Assembly: GCA_049969495.1 (NCBI GenBank)
Contig: JBMFOT010000002.1
Span: forward strand, 4,406-68,405
Direction of reading: 5' to 3'
DNA: 64,000 bases
DNA from: Armatimonadota bacterium
Lineage (GTDB): Bacteria; Armatimonadota; HRBIN16
Both the position numbers and the translations under genes were made by a program. The notes under the pieces are model-generated. The model ran no database searches, was not told the DNA's origin, and saw nothing but the letters and a program-made list of their open reading frames with translations. Below, piece after piece: positions 17,834-26,899 of this stretch. How positions within the stretch are numbered: position 1 is the stretch's first letter; each line of letters opens with the position of its first letter.

Positions 17834-18940
17834 GTGATACCGTTGCATCTGAACTCGCGTTTGCGCACACCGCTCTACGTGCAAATCGTGGAGCAAGTGG
17901 AAGCAGCGGTCAGCTCGGGGCAGTTGACGCCGGGCACGCCGCTGTGGTCTGCTCGCGCCATCGCCCGACACTACGGCATCAGCTACCAGACCGCCGAGCG
18001 AGCGTTGACCCTGCTGGCGCGACGGGGGGTGGTGGAACGGACTCGACGGGGAACCATCATCGCCGCCAGCCGTCCGAAACAGCCGGTGCAACAGCACCTG
18101 GTTGCCCTCATCTACACGTGGCAGATACCGGGCGCACGTCCCTCCTACTCGGTGGGCGAGATGCGCATGTTGCATGCCGCCGCAGAGGAGTGCGCCCGGC
18201 ATCTATGGGGAAGCCTGCTACTCCATTTCCCCGATAAAAGCGCGTCCGCCAGCTACCTGCAGGAATGGGAACGGCATCACCGTTTCGACGCCGCGCTGGT
18301 GTTCGGCCCCCTGCACGACGAGGGGTTATTGTGGATGCAGCGAAGGGGGTACCCGGTGGTGGTCATTGATGCCGAGCCCGAGGTTCCGGTTCCCCGCGTG
18401 GTGCAGGCGAACCGTGAAGGCACCTATCTGGCGGTACGTGAGCTGATTCGGCTGGGACATCGACGCATCGGCTTCTTCACCGGTCACTATATGCCGCATT
18501 ATGCCCAGCGATTTGAAGGCTACATGCAGGCACTGCAAGAAGCGGGCATCACCCCCGAGGCAAATTGGGTGATGCAGCACGGTCAGCCTCGTCCTACCGT
18601 CCAGGAGGCGTTGAAGCGGCTGCTGGAAGTGCGTCCACCCCTGACGGCTATCGTGGGAGCGTCGGACATCCTGCTGGCGTTCGCCTATCCCGCGATTACG
18701 GAGATGAACGTGCGGGTGCCGGAAGAGCTCTCGCTCATCGGTTTCGATGACGAGCCTTTCTGCACCACCATGCAGCCGCCTCTATCGTCGGTGCGCGTCG
18801 ACCTCGAGCAACTGGCGCGCACGGGTGTGCGCCTGCTGATGGATATGATGGAAGGCAAACCGGTTCCACAGCGGGTAGAGATACCTGCTCAGGTGGTGCT
18901 GCGCGATTCGTGCGCACCGCCACACTCGCAGACGACTTGA
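17834..18940 (+). CDS. Transcriptional regulator with N-terminal GntR-type wHTH and C-terminal LacI/GalR-type periplasmic-binding-fold domain (AraR-like architecture)
   Basis: GTG start. The HTH segment is ARAIARHYGISYQTAERALTLLARRGVVER. The C-terminal part (LIGFDDEPFCTTMQPPLSSVRVDLEQL) resembles a LacI-family sugar-binding domain. Confidence 0.65.
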   Translation: MIPLHLNSRLRTPLYVQIVEQVEAAVSSGQLTPGTPLWSARAIARHYGISYQTAERALTLLARRGVVERTRRGTIIAASRPKQPVQQHLVALIYTWQIPGARPSYSVGEMRMLHAAAEECARHLWGSLLLHFPDKSASASYLQEWERHHRFDAALVFGPLHDEGLLWMQRRGYPVVVIDAEPEVPVPRVVQANREGTYLAVRELIRLGHRRIGFFTGHYMPHYAQRFEGYMQALQEAGITPEANWVMQHGQPRPTVQEALKRLLEVRPPLTAIVGASDILLAFAYPAITEMNVRVPEELSLIGFDDEPFCTTMQPPLSSVRVDLEQLARTGVRLLMDMMEGKPVPQRVEIPAQVVLRDSCAPPHSQTT

Positions 18941-18970
18941 CAACCTGAAAACGAGAAGGAGGGTCTCACG

Positions 18971-19681
18971 ATGAAATCACGTCGCGGTTTTACGCTGATT
19001 GAGCTGTTGGTTGTTATCGCGATTATCGCGATACTGGCAGCGATCCTGTTCCCGGTCTTTGCACAGGCCCGGGAGAAGGCGCGGCAAACTTCGTGCTTGT
19101 CCAACATGAAGCAGATCGGTACTGCAGCGCGGATGTACGTGGAAGATTATGATGGCATGTCCATTTGGGATACGTACTGGCAGTTCACCCATTTCCCCAA
19201 CACATGGTCTGGGTTTATTCTGCCATACGTGAAGAATGAGGACATTTTCCGTTGTCCCAGTCATGCGGTACCGCGCAAGCCGTGGAACACCGACCCCTAC
19301 GATTGGGTACCTGAGTGGTACTACAAGAGCTACGGGATCAACGTCTACGGTGCGGTGATCTACATAAAACCGGACAATACCGTTAGCGAGTTCATGCTCG
19401 ACCTCATCAAACGTCCGGCGGAGCGCATCTGGTTCTTTGAGGTGTACGATGCGGACGATAACGACCAAGGATTGGGCTACAACGCCACTTGGGGACCCAG
19501 TCACTGGGCATTTCGTCATACAGACGGAATGAACGTTACATTCATAGATACCCATGCTAAGTATGTGACACGAAAGACGCTAGAAGGGTGGTGGAACGAT
19601 CGCTCACGCAACCCATGTACCGGGCGCTACCTGTACATCTACTATCCCTGGTCATCGGACAACTCGTGTCCAGGGCTGTAG
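18971..19681 (+). CDS. DUF1559 protein with prepilin-type N-terminal methylation domain
   Basis: [61 protein letters not shown] is present. It starts 30 nt after the regulator's stop, so it is probably co-transcribed. Confidence 0.8.
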   Translation: MKSRRGFTLIELLVVIAIIAILAAILFPVFAQAREKARQTSCLSNMKQIGTAARMYVEDYDGMSIWDTYWQFTHFPNTWSGFILPYVKNEDIFRCPSHAVPRKPWNTDPYDWVPEWYYKSYGINVYGAVIYIKPDNTVSEFMLDLIKRPAERIWFFEVYDADDNDQGLGYNATWGPSHWAFRHTDGMNVTFIDTHAKYVTRKTLEGWWNDRSRNPCTGRYLYIYYPWSSDNSCPGL

Positions 19682-19690
19682 GAGAAGACC

Positions 19691-19867
19691 ATGAACAGGA
19701 AGATAAGCCCAGTATGGCTCTTGGTAGCCATCGTAGCGATAGTGGCTGGTTTCTTAGTGCTATTTCTCAAGTCTGGGGTGACACCACCGCCCCAAACGAG
19801 TGAAAGCAAGCTAAAGAGCCACTATCCAGCGCCAAAGGTACCTCCTTTGGAAGCACCGCCGCGTTAA
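19691..19867 (+). CDS. Small (58 aa) single-TM membrane protein (not in ORF track, below length cutoff)
   Basis: A GGAGAAG RBS is 3 nt after the preceding stop. The sequence is MNRKISPVWLLVAIVAIVAGFLVLFLKSGVTPPPQTSESKLKSHYPAPKVPPLEAPPR. A GC hairpin follows at about 19876-19903. Confidence 0.35.
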   Translation: MNRKISPVWLLVAIVAIVAGFLVLFLKSGVTPPPQTSESKLKSHYPAPKVPPLEAPPR

Positions 19868-19910
19868 CTAGTCAGAAGGGGGGAGGGTCATACCTCCCCC
19901 CCAACGTTGA

Positions 19911-20312
19911 TTAAGGGCGTATAAACATACCAGAGTGGTAGGTAAAGCGTCTACCATCAGCTATGGTGACGATAAAGGTGTAGCCGTATTTGGCGCCTTG
20001 ACTCAAAAATGCTGAGTATGGGAGTTGGGTTGTATAGATTTCCCAGTATGTGGTTTCAAGAGCTGTGGTACCCTGTGCTACTCTATAGTATGGCATAGGT
20101 ATGCCTGCGTCTTCTGACCAGTGTCCTATCCATAATTCCCAACCACGTATCTGCTCGCCCGGAACGGAGGGCATTGCACGAGCAATGATTACATCAGGAA
20201 GCGTTCCGTATGGGCGGCTTGCACTGAAAAATATATCGTAAGCGTAGGCAAATCTGCACGAAAAGGTCAGGATGACTAAGATTAGAATCAGCAACAAAGT
20301 TGCTCTTCTCAT
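19911..20312 (-). CDS. Small secreted hypothetical protein in a low-GC islet
   Basis: Signal peptide MRRATLLLILILVILTFSCRFAYA. A GGAGGT RBS is present. Local GC is about 47%, against about 63% in the flanks. Confidence 0.5.
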   Translation of the reverse strand: MRRATLLLILILVILTFSCRFAYAYDIFFSASRPYGTLPDVIIARAMPSVPGEQIRGWELWIGHWSEDAGIPMPYYRVAQGTTALETTYWEIYTTQLPYSAFLSQGAKYGYTFIVTIADGRRFTYHSGMFIRP

Positions 20313-20489
20313 TGTTTACCTCCATTTGCAAGGATTAACAAACGGCAAGATATAAGGTAACAGATGTTTGTAGACAAGTCAAGAATATTGGGGGGAGGGT
20401 GTTCGATAATTGTTGAGAAGTTGGATGCAGCGCAAGTACGAGGAGAGGGAAGGGCGGCTCTGACACCGCCCTTGCCGTGCTTTTGCGCC

Positions 20490-20518
20490 TCGACAAGGCA
20501 GGGAGGGATGTGTATAAT
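20490..20518 (+). promoter_or_regulatory. Sigma70-type promoter TCGACA-17-TATAAT upstream of the substrate-binding protein gene
   Basis: A perfect -10 TATAAT at about 20513-20518, with a 17-nt spacer and a -35 TCGACA. This leaves a leader of about 55 nt to the ATG at 20579. Confidence 0.55.
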
Positions 20519-20578
20519 GTTTATCGCGCTCTTTGTGGCAGAGGAAGACGAAGACTGGATAGAATACCGGGAGGAAAA

Positions 20579-21409
20579 ATGCCGCTAGCAGCATTTCCAC
20601 GTCGCGTGACCGATTTTCGTGGCAAGACGTTGGTTCTGAAATCGCCACCCCAGCGCATCGTATCGCTGACGCCCGGCACGACGGAGGTGCTCTTCGCAGT
20701 CGGCGCGGGCAAGCAGGTGGTAGGCGTTACCAGCTACTGCGACTATCCACCCGAAGCGAAGCGACTTCCCAAAGTAGGCGACATGCGCACGAACGTGGAG
20801 GCAGTGGTTGCCCTGCGGCCCGACCTGGTGGTGGCGGATGGCGTGCTGAATCGCCGCTTCATCCCCACGCTGGAGAGGCTAAAGCTTCCCTTGCTGGTGA
20901 TCGCCCCCAAAACGTGGCTGGATGTTGCACGGGTCATCCGCCTGCTGGGCGCGGCAACAGGACACGACAAACAAGCCGAATCTCTGGCGCAGCGGTTCCA
21001 TCAGGCGGAAAGAGCGGCACGCTCGCGCTCTACGTCGGCGACCAGACCCGGCGTGCTGTTTACGCTGAACGTGGAGCCTCTACCGATGTGGGTGGCGGGG
21101 CGCGACCTGTTTGTGGACGATATGATTCGCCTGGCGGGTGGACGCAATGTAGCCGCCGATGGCGGAACGAACTATTACCCCCTCTCTGCAGAGGCGTTGC
21201 TGGTGCGCAATCCCGACGTGATCATCACCACCGTGCCCGAAAACCGCCTGTCTCCGCTATACGAGCACTCCGTGTTGAAGCGTCTCAGAGCGGTGCAGAA
21301 CAGGCAGGTGTACAGCGTGGACTCCAACCTGTTCGTACGCCCTACGCCCCGTCTGCTGAGGGGACTGGAACTGCTGAAGAAAATCCTTTCGCACGCGCAG
21401 AAGGGTTGA
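20579..21409 (+). CDS. ABC transporter periplasmic substrate-binding protein, BtuF/FhuD-like (class III, iron-siderophore/cobalamin type)
   Basis: The sequence KTLVLKSPPQRIVSLTPGTTEVLFAVGAGKQVVGVTSYCDYPPEAKRLPKVGD is characteristic. The start is set at the internal Met, which has a GGAGGA RBS. No obvious signal peptide is present from that start. Confidence 0.65.
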   Translation: MPLAAFPRRVTDFRGKTLVLKSPPQRIVSLTPGTTEVLFAVGAGKQVVGVTSYCDYPPEAKRLPKVGDMRTNVEAVVALRPDLVVADGVLNRRFIPTLERLKLPLLVIAPKTWLDVARVIRLLGAATGHDKQAESLAQRFHQAERAARSRSTSATRPGVLFTLNVEPLPMWVAGRDLFVDDMIRLAGGRNVAADGGTNYYPLSAEALLVRNPDVIITTVPENRLSPLYEHSVLKRLRAVQNRQVYSVDSNLFVRPTPRLLRGLELLKKILSHAQKG

Positions 21410-21413
21410 ACCG

Positions 21414-22424
21414 ATGCCGGCGTCTTCGCGCAGGCATTACGCAGTGGTTGGGTTGCTGCTCTGTGTGCTTGCAGTGGTCACAGCGGTTGCGGCGCTATGC
21501 CTGGGCAGTGAACTTTTGCTACCCCAGCAGGTGTGGCGCATCCTGCAGGAAGGCGGTTCCGCTAGCGATAGCGCAAGCGTGATAATATGGCAGTTGCGCC
21601 TGCCCCGCATGACGATGGCGGCGATGGTGGGCGTGTTGCTCAGCGTGGCTGGCGTGATCCTGCAGGGCTTACTGCGCAACGACCTCGCCGACCCCTACAC
21701 GATTGGCGTCTCCTCCGGTGCGGCGATGGGTGCGTCGGCAGCGGTGCTGGCGGGGTGGGAGGCAAGATGGCACGGTTTCGGTGTGCCGCTGGCCGCTTTT
21801 GTGTGCGCGATTGCCGCCACCGCGCTGGTGCTGATGGTAGCGCGGCGGGGGGGAGTGTTGCGCGTGTCGGTGTTCCTGCTGGCAGGGATTGTGGTGGGGT
21901 CGTTCATGTGGTCGGCAGTGACGTTGATGCTGACGCTGGCGGGGGCGGACGTGGGGCGTGTGTTGTTCTGGCTGATGGGCAGTTTCGCCGATGCCGAGTG
22001 GACGCGCGTGCGATTGCTCCTGCCGTTTGTGGTGCTGGGCTTTGTGGGACTACGTGCGATGGCTTACGGTTTGAACGCCTTCGCTCTGGGCGAAGAGAGC
22101 GCGGCGCATCTGGGCTTCGAGGTAGAGAAACTGAAGCGGTGGGCGATTGTGCTGGCGGCGTTGTGCACCGCGGCGGCGGTGTCGGTCAGCGGTATCATCG
22201 GGTTCGTGGGGCTGGTGGTTCCGCACATCGCGCGACGGCTATTCGGTGCCGACCATCGGCAGCTGTTCTGGAGCGCGGCGGTGCTGGGCGCGGTGCTGAT
22301 GGTATGGGCGGATACGCTGGCGCGAAGCGTTGCACGCCCTGCGGAGATACCGGTTGGCGTGATTACCGCCCTGTTGGGCGCACCGTTCTTTATCGCTCTG
22401 CTCAGGCGGGAGAGGCTGGTGTGA
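21414..22424 (+). CDS. FecCD-family iron-chelate/cobalamin ABC transporter permease
   Basis: 336 aa, about 9 TM helices. The motif LRLPRMTMAAMVGVLLSVAGVILQGLLRNDLADPYTIGVSSGAA is typical of BtuC/FecCD. Confidence 0.8.
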   Translation: MPASSRRHYAVVGLLLCVLAVVTAVAALCLGSELLLPQQVWRILQEGGSASDSASVIIWQLRLPRMTMAAMVGVLLSVAGVILQGLLRNDLADPYTIGVSSGAAMGASAAVLAGWEARWHGFGVPLAAFVCAIAATALVLMVARRGGVLRVSVFLLAGIVVGSFMWSAVTLMLTLAGADVGRVLFWLMGSFADAEWTRVRLLLPFVVLGFVGLRAMAYGLNAFALGEESAAHLGFEVEKLKRWAIVLAALCTAAAVSVSGIIGFVGLVVPHIARRLFGADHRQLFWSAAVLGAVLMVWADTLARSVARPAEIPVGVITALLGAPFFIALLRRERLV

Positions 22425-22429
22425 GGGTA

Positions 22430-22945
22430 ATGATGGCACGGAAGACGGATGGTGAACGCAAACCAACAACCGAACAGGCGATTATCGAACAAGCGCAGCG
22501 TGAACTGCGCCTGATATGGTGGCGATTCACCCTGTGGATAACCGTCCTGATGTTCGTGGCGCCGCTGGTGATGACCGTTCTGGCGGCACTGCTGAGGATG
22601 GGGCAGGTAAGCTTTTTGCTGGTAAACTTCGTTGTGGTGTTCGTGCTGGTGCAGATGATGCTATACCATGTGCGCCAATCGTACAACCGCTTAAAGCAGC
22701 TGGGGCGGACGGCGGTGCAAAAACACCTGTGGCGGGCGGCGCGCGTAGCGCTCGAGCCGTTCTCGCGCTTCGGCAATCGGGGTTTTGACTGGGATGGGGA
22801 GGCGCACTACCTGCTGATGCGCACCTATCTGTCTTCAGGTGATGTGCAGCGGGCGGCGAAAGTGCGCGATTTCCTATTGCGCTATCGACGGGGCAAATGG
22901 GTAGAGCGTGCTCGCAAGGCTATTGCTTCGGGTGAGGATGGCTAG
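22430..22945 (+). CDS. Hypothetical 2-TM membrane protein with helical C-terminal domain
   Basis: This is the in-frame continuation of ORF 21587..22945. Its MMARK start is 5 nt after the permease stop. Two hydrophobic helices are followed by a charged helical region. No ABC ATPase gene follows. Confidence 0.4.
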   Translation: MMARKTDGERKPTTEQAIIEQAQRELRLIWWRFTLWITVLMFVAPLVMTVLAALLRMGQVSFLLVNFVVVFVLVQMMLYHVRQSYNRLKQLGRTAVQKHLWRAARVALEPFSRFGNRGFDWDGEAHYLLMRTYLSSGDVQRAAKVRDFLLRYRRGKWVERARKAIASGEDG

Positions 22946-23289
22946 CCCTCTTCCTCCTCGTTCTCGTCTTCGAAGTCGAAGCCTTCGATATCTTCCATGT
23001 CCATGCTGGGGTCGGTATAGCGTCCGATCTCCTCGGCGCGGAAGACGTGCACCACGAAGTCTTCCCGCTCGAAGCGAGGCATATAGCTCGACACGATGTC
23101 CTCGTCGATCATCGCCACCAGGGTCTCTTCCTGTTCTGGGGCGAAATCGTCCTCCAGCAGCAAGGTGGCGTAGATAGTACCAGCAGCATAGTGGATGTCT
23201 ACTTGCCCTACTCGCTCGTTGTTGCGCCATATCAGATAGATTTCCGAGCTTTCGGTACGAACTAAACGGTTCAGACGCACGTTGTTCAT
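22942..23289 (-). CDS. Small acidic hypothetical protein (115 aa)
   Basis: An AGGAGAAGAGG RBS is present. It starts 11 nt after the FapA-like gene's stop on the same strand. The C-terminus is poly-acidic (DMEDIEGFDFEDENEEEEG). Confidence 0.45.
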   Translation of the reverse strand: MNNVRLNRLVRTESSEIYLIWRNNERVGQVDIHYAAGTIYATLLLEDDFAPEQEETLVAMIDEDIVSSYMPRFEREDFVVHVFRAEEIGRYTDPSMDMEDIEGFDFEDENEEEEG

Positions 23290-23299
23290 GCCTCTTCTC

Positions 23300-24670
23300 C
23301 TAGAGCTTGTCCAGTGGTCTCATCTGCACTCGCGCCTCACCACGCGCGACGAAAAAGCGAACGGCTTGCAAATCGCTTTCTACCAGATAGCTGTATTTGC
23401 CGATAGTCACCTTCACGCCCGGGTAAATCGCGCCCCGCACCACTACTTCCGCCCGGGTGGGTGCATTGACCTGTATGGTGATGGCGCGCTTCTCGTGTTG
23501 CAGTTCCTTCAGCCTCGCCTCCAGACGTCGGCGATGTGTCATCAGTCGCTGGATAGCCTCTTTCTTTTCGGACGAGGCGACCTCTGCGGTGACCGACACG
23601 TACGGGCGCAGGGCGGCGTTGATTTTTTGTATATTATCCTCACATTGGCGCATCTCCTCTGCAATCTCAAAGAGCCGTTCATCGCCCAGAGTGTCCACTC
23701 CCACTACCACCTCGGTAGGCGTCCACGCAGGTGTACCTATAGTATACGCCTCTATGCCCTCAAATGCCACTATGCGCCCACCTGCAATCTGCACGTTTGC
23801 GTTCAGCGCAATCACTCGATGGCGGGTGCAGAGGGTGCAATCCATGACACTGGCGCCTAGCAGGATGTTCCCATCGGCGGCTATATCCGAACGTTGTGCC
23901 CCGCCGCGCAGGTAGCAGGTACCCCTGGCATGGAGAGAGCTCCCTTCGCATCGCCCCCCGACTGCCACATCGCCATGCACGCGCACCTGCGCACCCGGCA
24001 GGAGATTGCCTTTGAGCACCAGCGTCTCGGTAAACTCTTGCGCTCCCCGCAGGTCGCCCGCTATCGGCTGCGCCGGTAGTAAGATCAGCTTGTCGCCGGA
24101 GAGGTGCACATAGCCCGACTTCTGCGCGGTGAACTGCAGGTTATCGTCGGAGGCAAGCACGTTCTCCCCCGCACGCAGGTTAGCGTCTCTGCCGGGGCGT
24201 TGAGGCACATTTTGTGGCGGAAAGGTTAACGTGCGCCCCGGGCGACCATGCTGTGCCGGTACGACGGTGGCAATCAGTTGTCCCGCCTGAATGTAACGCG
24301 CCGGGTCTAACTGGAGATAGTCGATGCTTCCATCGAGCAGCAGGGGTAATGGACGTAACACCGCCTCCTCCGGTAAACGGTAAATCACTTTTGCGTCGGT
24401 TCCGTGAACGGGTGGCACGCCCTGCGCAACGACCGCCTGCACCTTGCTCGCAAGGTTTGTGGCGCGCTCTATCGTATCGCGGATGGCGTGTTCGTCGATG
24501 CCGTAAGCAACCCCCATCTCTTCCAGTGCACGCACGACCTCCGCCACCCGCACAGGGTTGCCGTCGCCCTGAGGCGGCGCAACCAGCAGTATCGCTTGAG
24601 TCTTATCTTCGTTAAAGAACACCCAGAAGCTGCCGTCTACAGAAGCCCGCAACGAAGGCTTCAGTGCCAT
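23300..24670 (-). CDS. FapA-like (DUF342) protein
   Basis: About 457 aa from the internal Met, which has a GGAGGT RBS. There is an N-terminal domain, repeated beta-helix-like G-rich segments and a coiled-coil. The C-terminal ...IYPGVKVTIGKY is typical of the FapA/DUF342 family. Confidence 0.5.
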   Translation of the reverse strand: MALKPSLRASVDGSFWVFFNEDKTQAILLVAPPQGDGNPVRVAEVVRALEEMGVAYGIDEHAIRDTIERATNLASKVQAVVAQGVPPVHGTDAKVIYRLPEEAVLRPLPLLLDGSIDYLQLDPARYIQAGQLIATVVPAQHGRPGRTLTFPPQNVPQRPGRDANLRAGENVLASDDNLQFTAQKSGYVHLSGDKLILLPAQPIAGDLRGAQEFTETLVLKGNLLPGAQVRVHGDVAVGGRCEGSSLHARGTCYLRGGAQRSDIAADGNILLGASVMDCTLCTRHRVIALNANVQIAGGRIVAFEGIEAYTIGTPAWTPTEVVVGVDTLGDERLFEIAEEMRQCEDNIQKINAALRPYVSVTAEVASSEKKEAIQRLMTHRRRLEARLKELQHEKRAITIQVNAPTRAEVVVRGAIYPGVKVTIGKYSYLVESDLQAVRFFVARGEARVQMRPLDKL

Positions 24671-24781
24671 GAGTGACCTCCGCAATCTGTTCCAAAATGG
24701 ATTATCAATGCAGCACCAGAGCAGTTGATCTGCAAAACCGATGCACATGTCAAACGCTGCCTCTTTGATTATCGGAAGAGG

Positions 24782-24826
24782 TTGCCTCGTTTCTGAGACA
24801 GAAGGATTCTTCGCGCCCGAGAGGCA
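24782..24826. repeat. Hairpin element related to family A (TTGCCTCG...GATTCTTCGCG...CGAGAGGCAA)
   Basis: An 8-bp imperfect stem encloses TTTCTGAGACAGAAGGATTCTTCGCGCC. It shares the TTCTGAG ... GAAGAAT core of family A. Confidence 0.35.
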
Positions 24827-24876
24827 ATTAAACGATTAAGAAACGAGATTTCGTCGCAGATTGCAGAGGCTAGCCG

Positions 24877-26898
24877 ATGCTTTCCTGGCGTAAGTGGACG
24901 GTGCCTTATTCTCCCAGCGTAGCGGGGGCGCGTGTGCAGGAACCTGCAGCCACAGCGATAGCCGCCCCAGGGCGCACCCTCACGCTAAGAGCGTGGATGA
25001 TTGGTATCCTCTGTGTGACACTGGTGGACCTGTGGATACACTGGGCGGAGCTGGTGCTGGGCGGACGCGGGCACACCGCGCTGGCGAACACCTCTATCCC
25101 TGTTGGGGCGTTCAACGCGCTGGTCGCGCTGGTGGTGATGAACTTGCTGTTACGGCGAGTAGCAGCGCGATGGGCGCTAACCCCTCAGGAACTGCTGGTC
25201 ATCTATGTCATGATGACCGTCGCCACGGTGCTGTCCTCCTCGGGCGCGTTGCACTTCATCGTACCGACGGTGACCGCCGCCTTCTATTACGCCTCTGCCG
25301 AAAACCAGTGGGCTCAGCTCTTTCATCGCTACATCCCCGATTGGCTGGCGCAGAAGAATGAGTTCGCGCTGAAATACTTTTACCAGGGCGACGCGCCTGT
25401 GCCGCTGGGCTTGTGGTGGAAGCAAATCGGTGCGTGGACGCTGTTCATGACCGTGTACACCTTCACCTGCCTGTGCTTGATGGCGATTATGCGCAGGCAA
25501 TGGGTGGAGCGTGAGCGGCTGACCTTCCCGACGGTTGCACTGCCTCTTGCACTCATCCGCGAACCGCAATCGCTGTTCAGTAGCCGATTATTGTGGCTGG
25601 GTTTTGCCATCCCCTTTAGCCTGGGCACGATGAACACCATCCACCTGAACTATCCGGCGGTTCCTGAAATACCTCTACGCGCCACCAGCCACCTGGACCT
25701 CGCACAATGGGTGACCACGCCGCCGTGGAACGCCATCGGCTACACCCCGATGTCCTTCTACCCCTTCGTCATCGGCATCGCCTATCTGCTGTCGCTGGAC
25801 GTGACGTTCAGTTGCTGGTTCTTCTATCTGGTGACCAAGATCGAGCTGGTGCTGGGTTCGGCGATGGGCTGGACGGCAGCAGCGGGAGGCGCAGCGCAAA
25901 GCGTCTATCCCTGGACAGGTCATCAGGGCGCGGGAGCCTTTCTGGGGTTGGCGGCTATCAGCCTTTATCTGGCGCGCAAGCACTTGAAAGAGGTGTGGCA
26001 AACCGCCTGGCGCGGTCAAGGTGACGATAGCGACGAACCGATGCCGTATCGCTGGGCAGTGGTTGGTTTCTTCCTGGGGTTACTGGGCAGTATGATGTTT
26101 TGTGTGGTAGCGGGCATGAGCTGGGGCGCGGCGGCGATACTGGTGCTGCTCGCCCTTTCCTACATGATGGCGGCGACGCGCACCCGTGCTGAAAGCGGTA
26201 ACGCCTGGCTGTTCGGTCCCAGTGTAGACGTATACCAGCTCATGACCACCACCTTCGGCACAACGGGCTTTCGCGTGCAGGACCTGACCATCCTGGCTTA
26301 CATGCGTGCTCCGCTGGCGAATTTCGACCTGCGTTGTATCTCCATGCCTCACCAGCTGGACGGCTTCAAGATGGGCGGTGAGGTGCGTGCTAACCTGCGT
26401 CAGGTGGCGATGGCGATGATGACGGCGATCGCGGTGGGGTTCATCGTCTCGTTCGTGATTGCGCTGGCGATATGGTACCACTTCGGCGCGGGCGCAAAGA
26501 CCGACGCCTGGCGCACCTACATGGGACGAACCCCCTTCGACGCGCTGGCGGACGCTATCAAAACGCCCTTGAAAGCGGATACCAACGGCTCCATCGCGGT
26601 AGTATTCGGTTTGTTGATTACACTGGTGCTTGCGATACTGCGTACACAGCTTGCCTGGTTCCCCTTCCATCCTGTTGGCTATGCAATCGCCCACACGCTG
26701 ACCATGCAGATGGTGTGGTTGCCCTTCATTATCGCGTGGGTCATCAAGTGGGTGGTGCTGCACTTCGGCGGGATGAAGCTCTACCGCCAGTCCTTGCCGT
26801 TCTTCTTCGGGCTGATACTGGGCGACTTCCTGAACGGCGGCTTCTGGACGCTGGTCGGGTGCTTTACCAATATCAGCGTCTACCCGATTAACTGGTAG
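24877..26898 (+). CDS. Large polytopic membrane protein (about 14 TM), unknown family
   Basis: 673 aa. Hydrophobic helices run throughout and aromatic residues are abundant. There are no recognisable catalytic motifs. The start is uncertain. Confidence 0.5.
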   Translation: MLSWRKWTVPYSPSVAGARVQEPAATAIAAPGRTLTLRAWMIGILCVTLVDLWIHWAELVLGGRGHTALANTSIPVGAFNALVALVVMNLLLRRVAARWALTPQELLVIYVMMTVATVLSSSGALHFIVPTVTAAFYYASAENQWAQLFHRYIPDWLAQKNEFALKYFYQGDAPVPLGLWWKQIGAWTLFMTVYTFTCLCLMAIMRRQWVERERLTFPTVALPLALIREPQSLFSSRLLWLGFAIPFSLGTMNTIHLNYPAVPEIPLRATSHLDLAQWVTTPPWNAIGYTPMSFYPFVIGIAYLLSLDVTFSCWFFYLVTKIELVLGSAMGWTAAAGGAAQSVYPWTGHQGAGAFLGLAAISLYLARKHLKEVWQTAWRGQGDDSDEPMPYRWAVVGFFLGLLGSMMFCVVAGMSWGAAAILVLLALSYMMAATRTRAESGNAWLFGPSVDVYQLMTTTFGTTGFRVQDLTILAYMRAPLANFDLRCISMPHQLDGFKMGGEVRANLRQVAMAMMTAIAVGFIVSFVIALAIWYHFGAGAKTDAWRTYMGRTPFDALADAIKTPLKADTNGSIAVVFGLLITLVLAILRTQLAWFPFHPVGYAIAHTLTMQMVWLPFIIAWVIKWVVLHFGGMKLYRQSLPFFFGLILGDFLNGGFWTLVGCFTNISVYPINW

Positions 26899-26899
26899 G

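Noticed and set aside
20380-20578. Possible cobalamin riboswitch upstream of the BtuF-like binding protein gene
   Set aside because: A consensus TCGACA-17-TATAAT promoter leaves only a leader of about 55 nt. I found no B12-box (GCCACTG) or GGTGxAAxCC core, and the AGGGAAG match is isolated.
21587-22945. 452-aa ORF in the ORF track spanning the FecCD permease region in another frame
   Set aside because: It overlaps the well-supported permease gene over about 840 nt and is Gly/Arg/Ala-rich (a GC-frame artefact). Only the 3' portion after the permease stop (22430..22945) has a plausible start and membrane-protein character.
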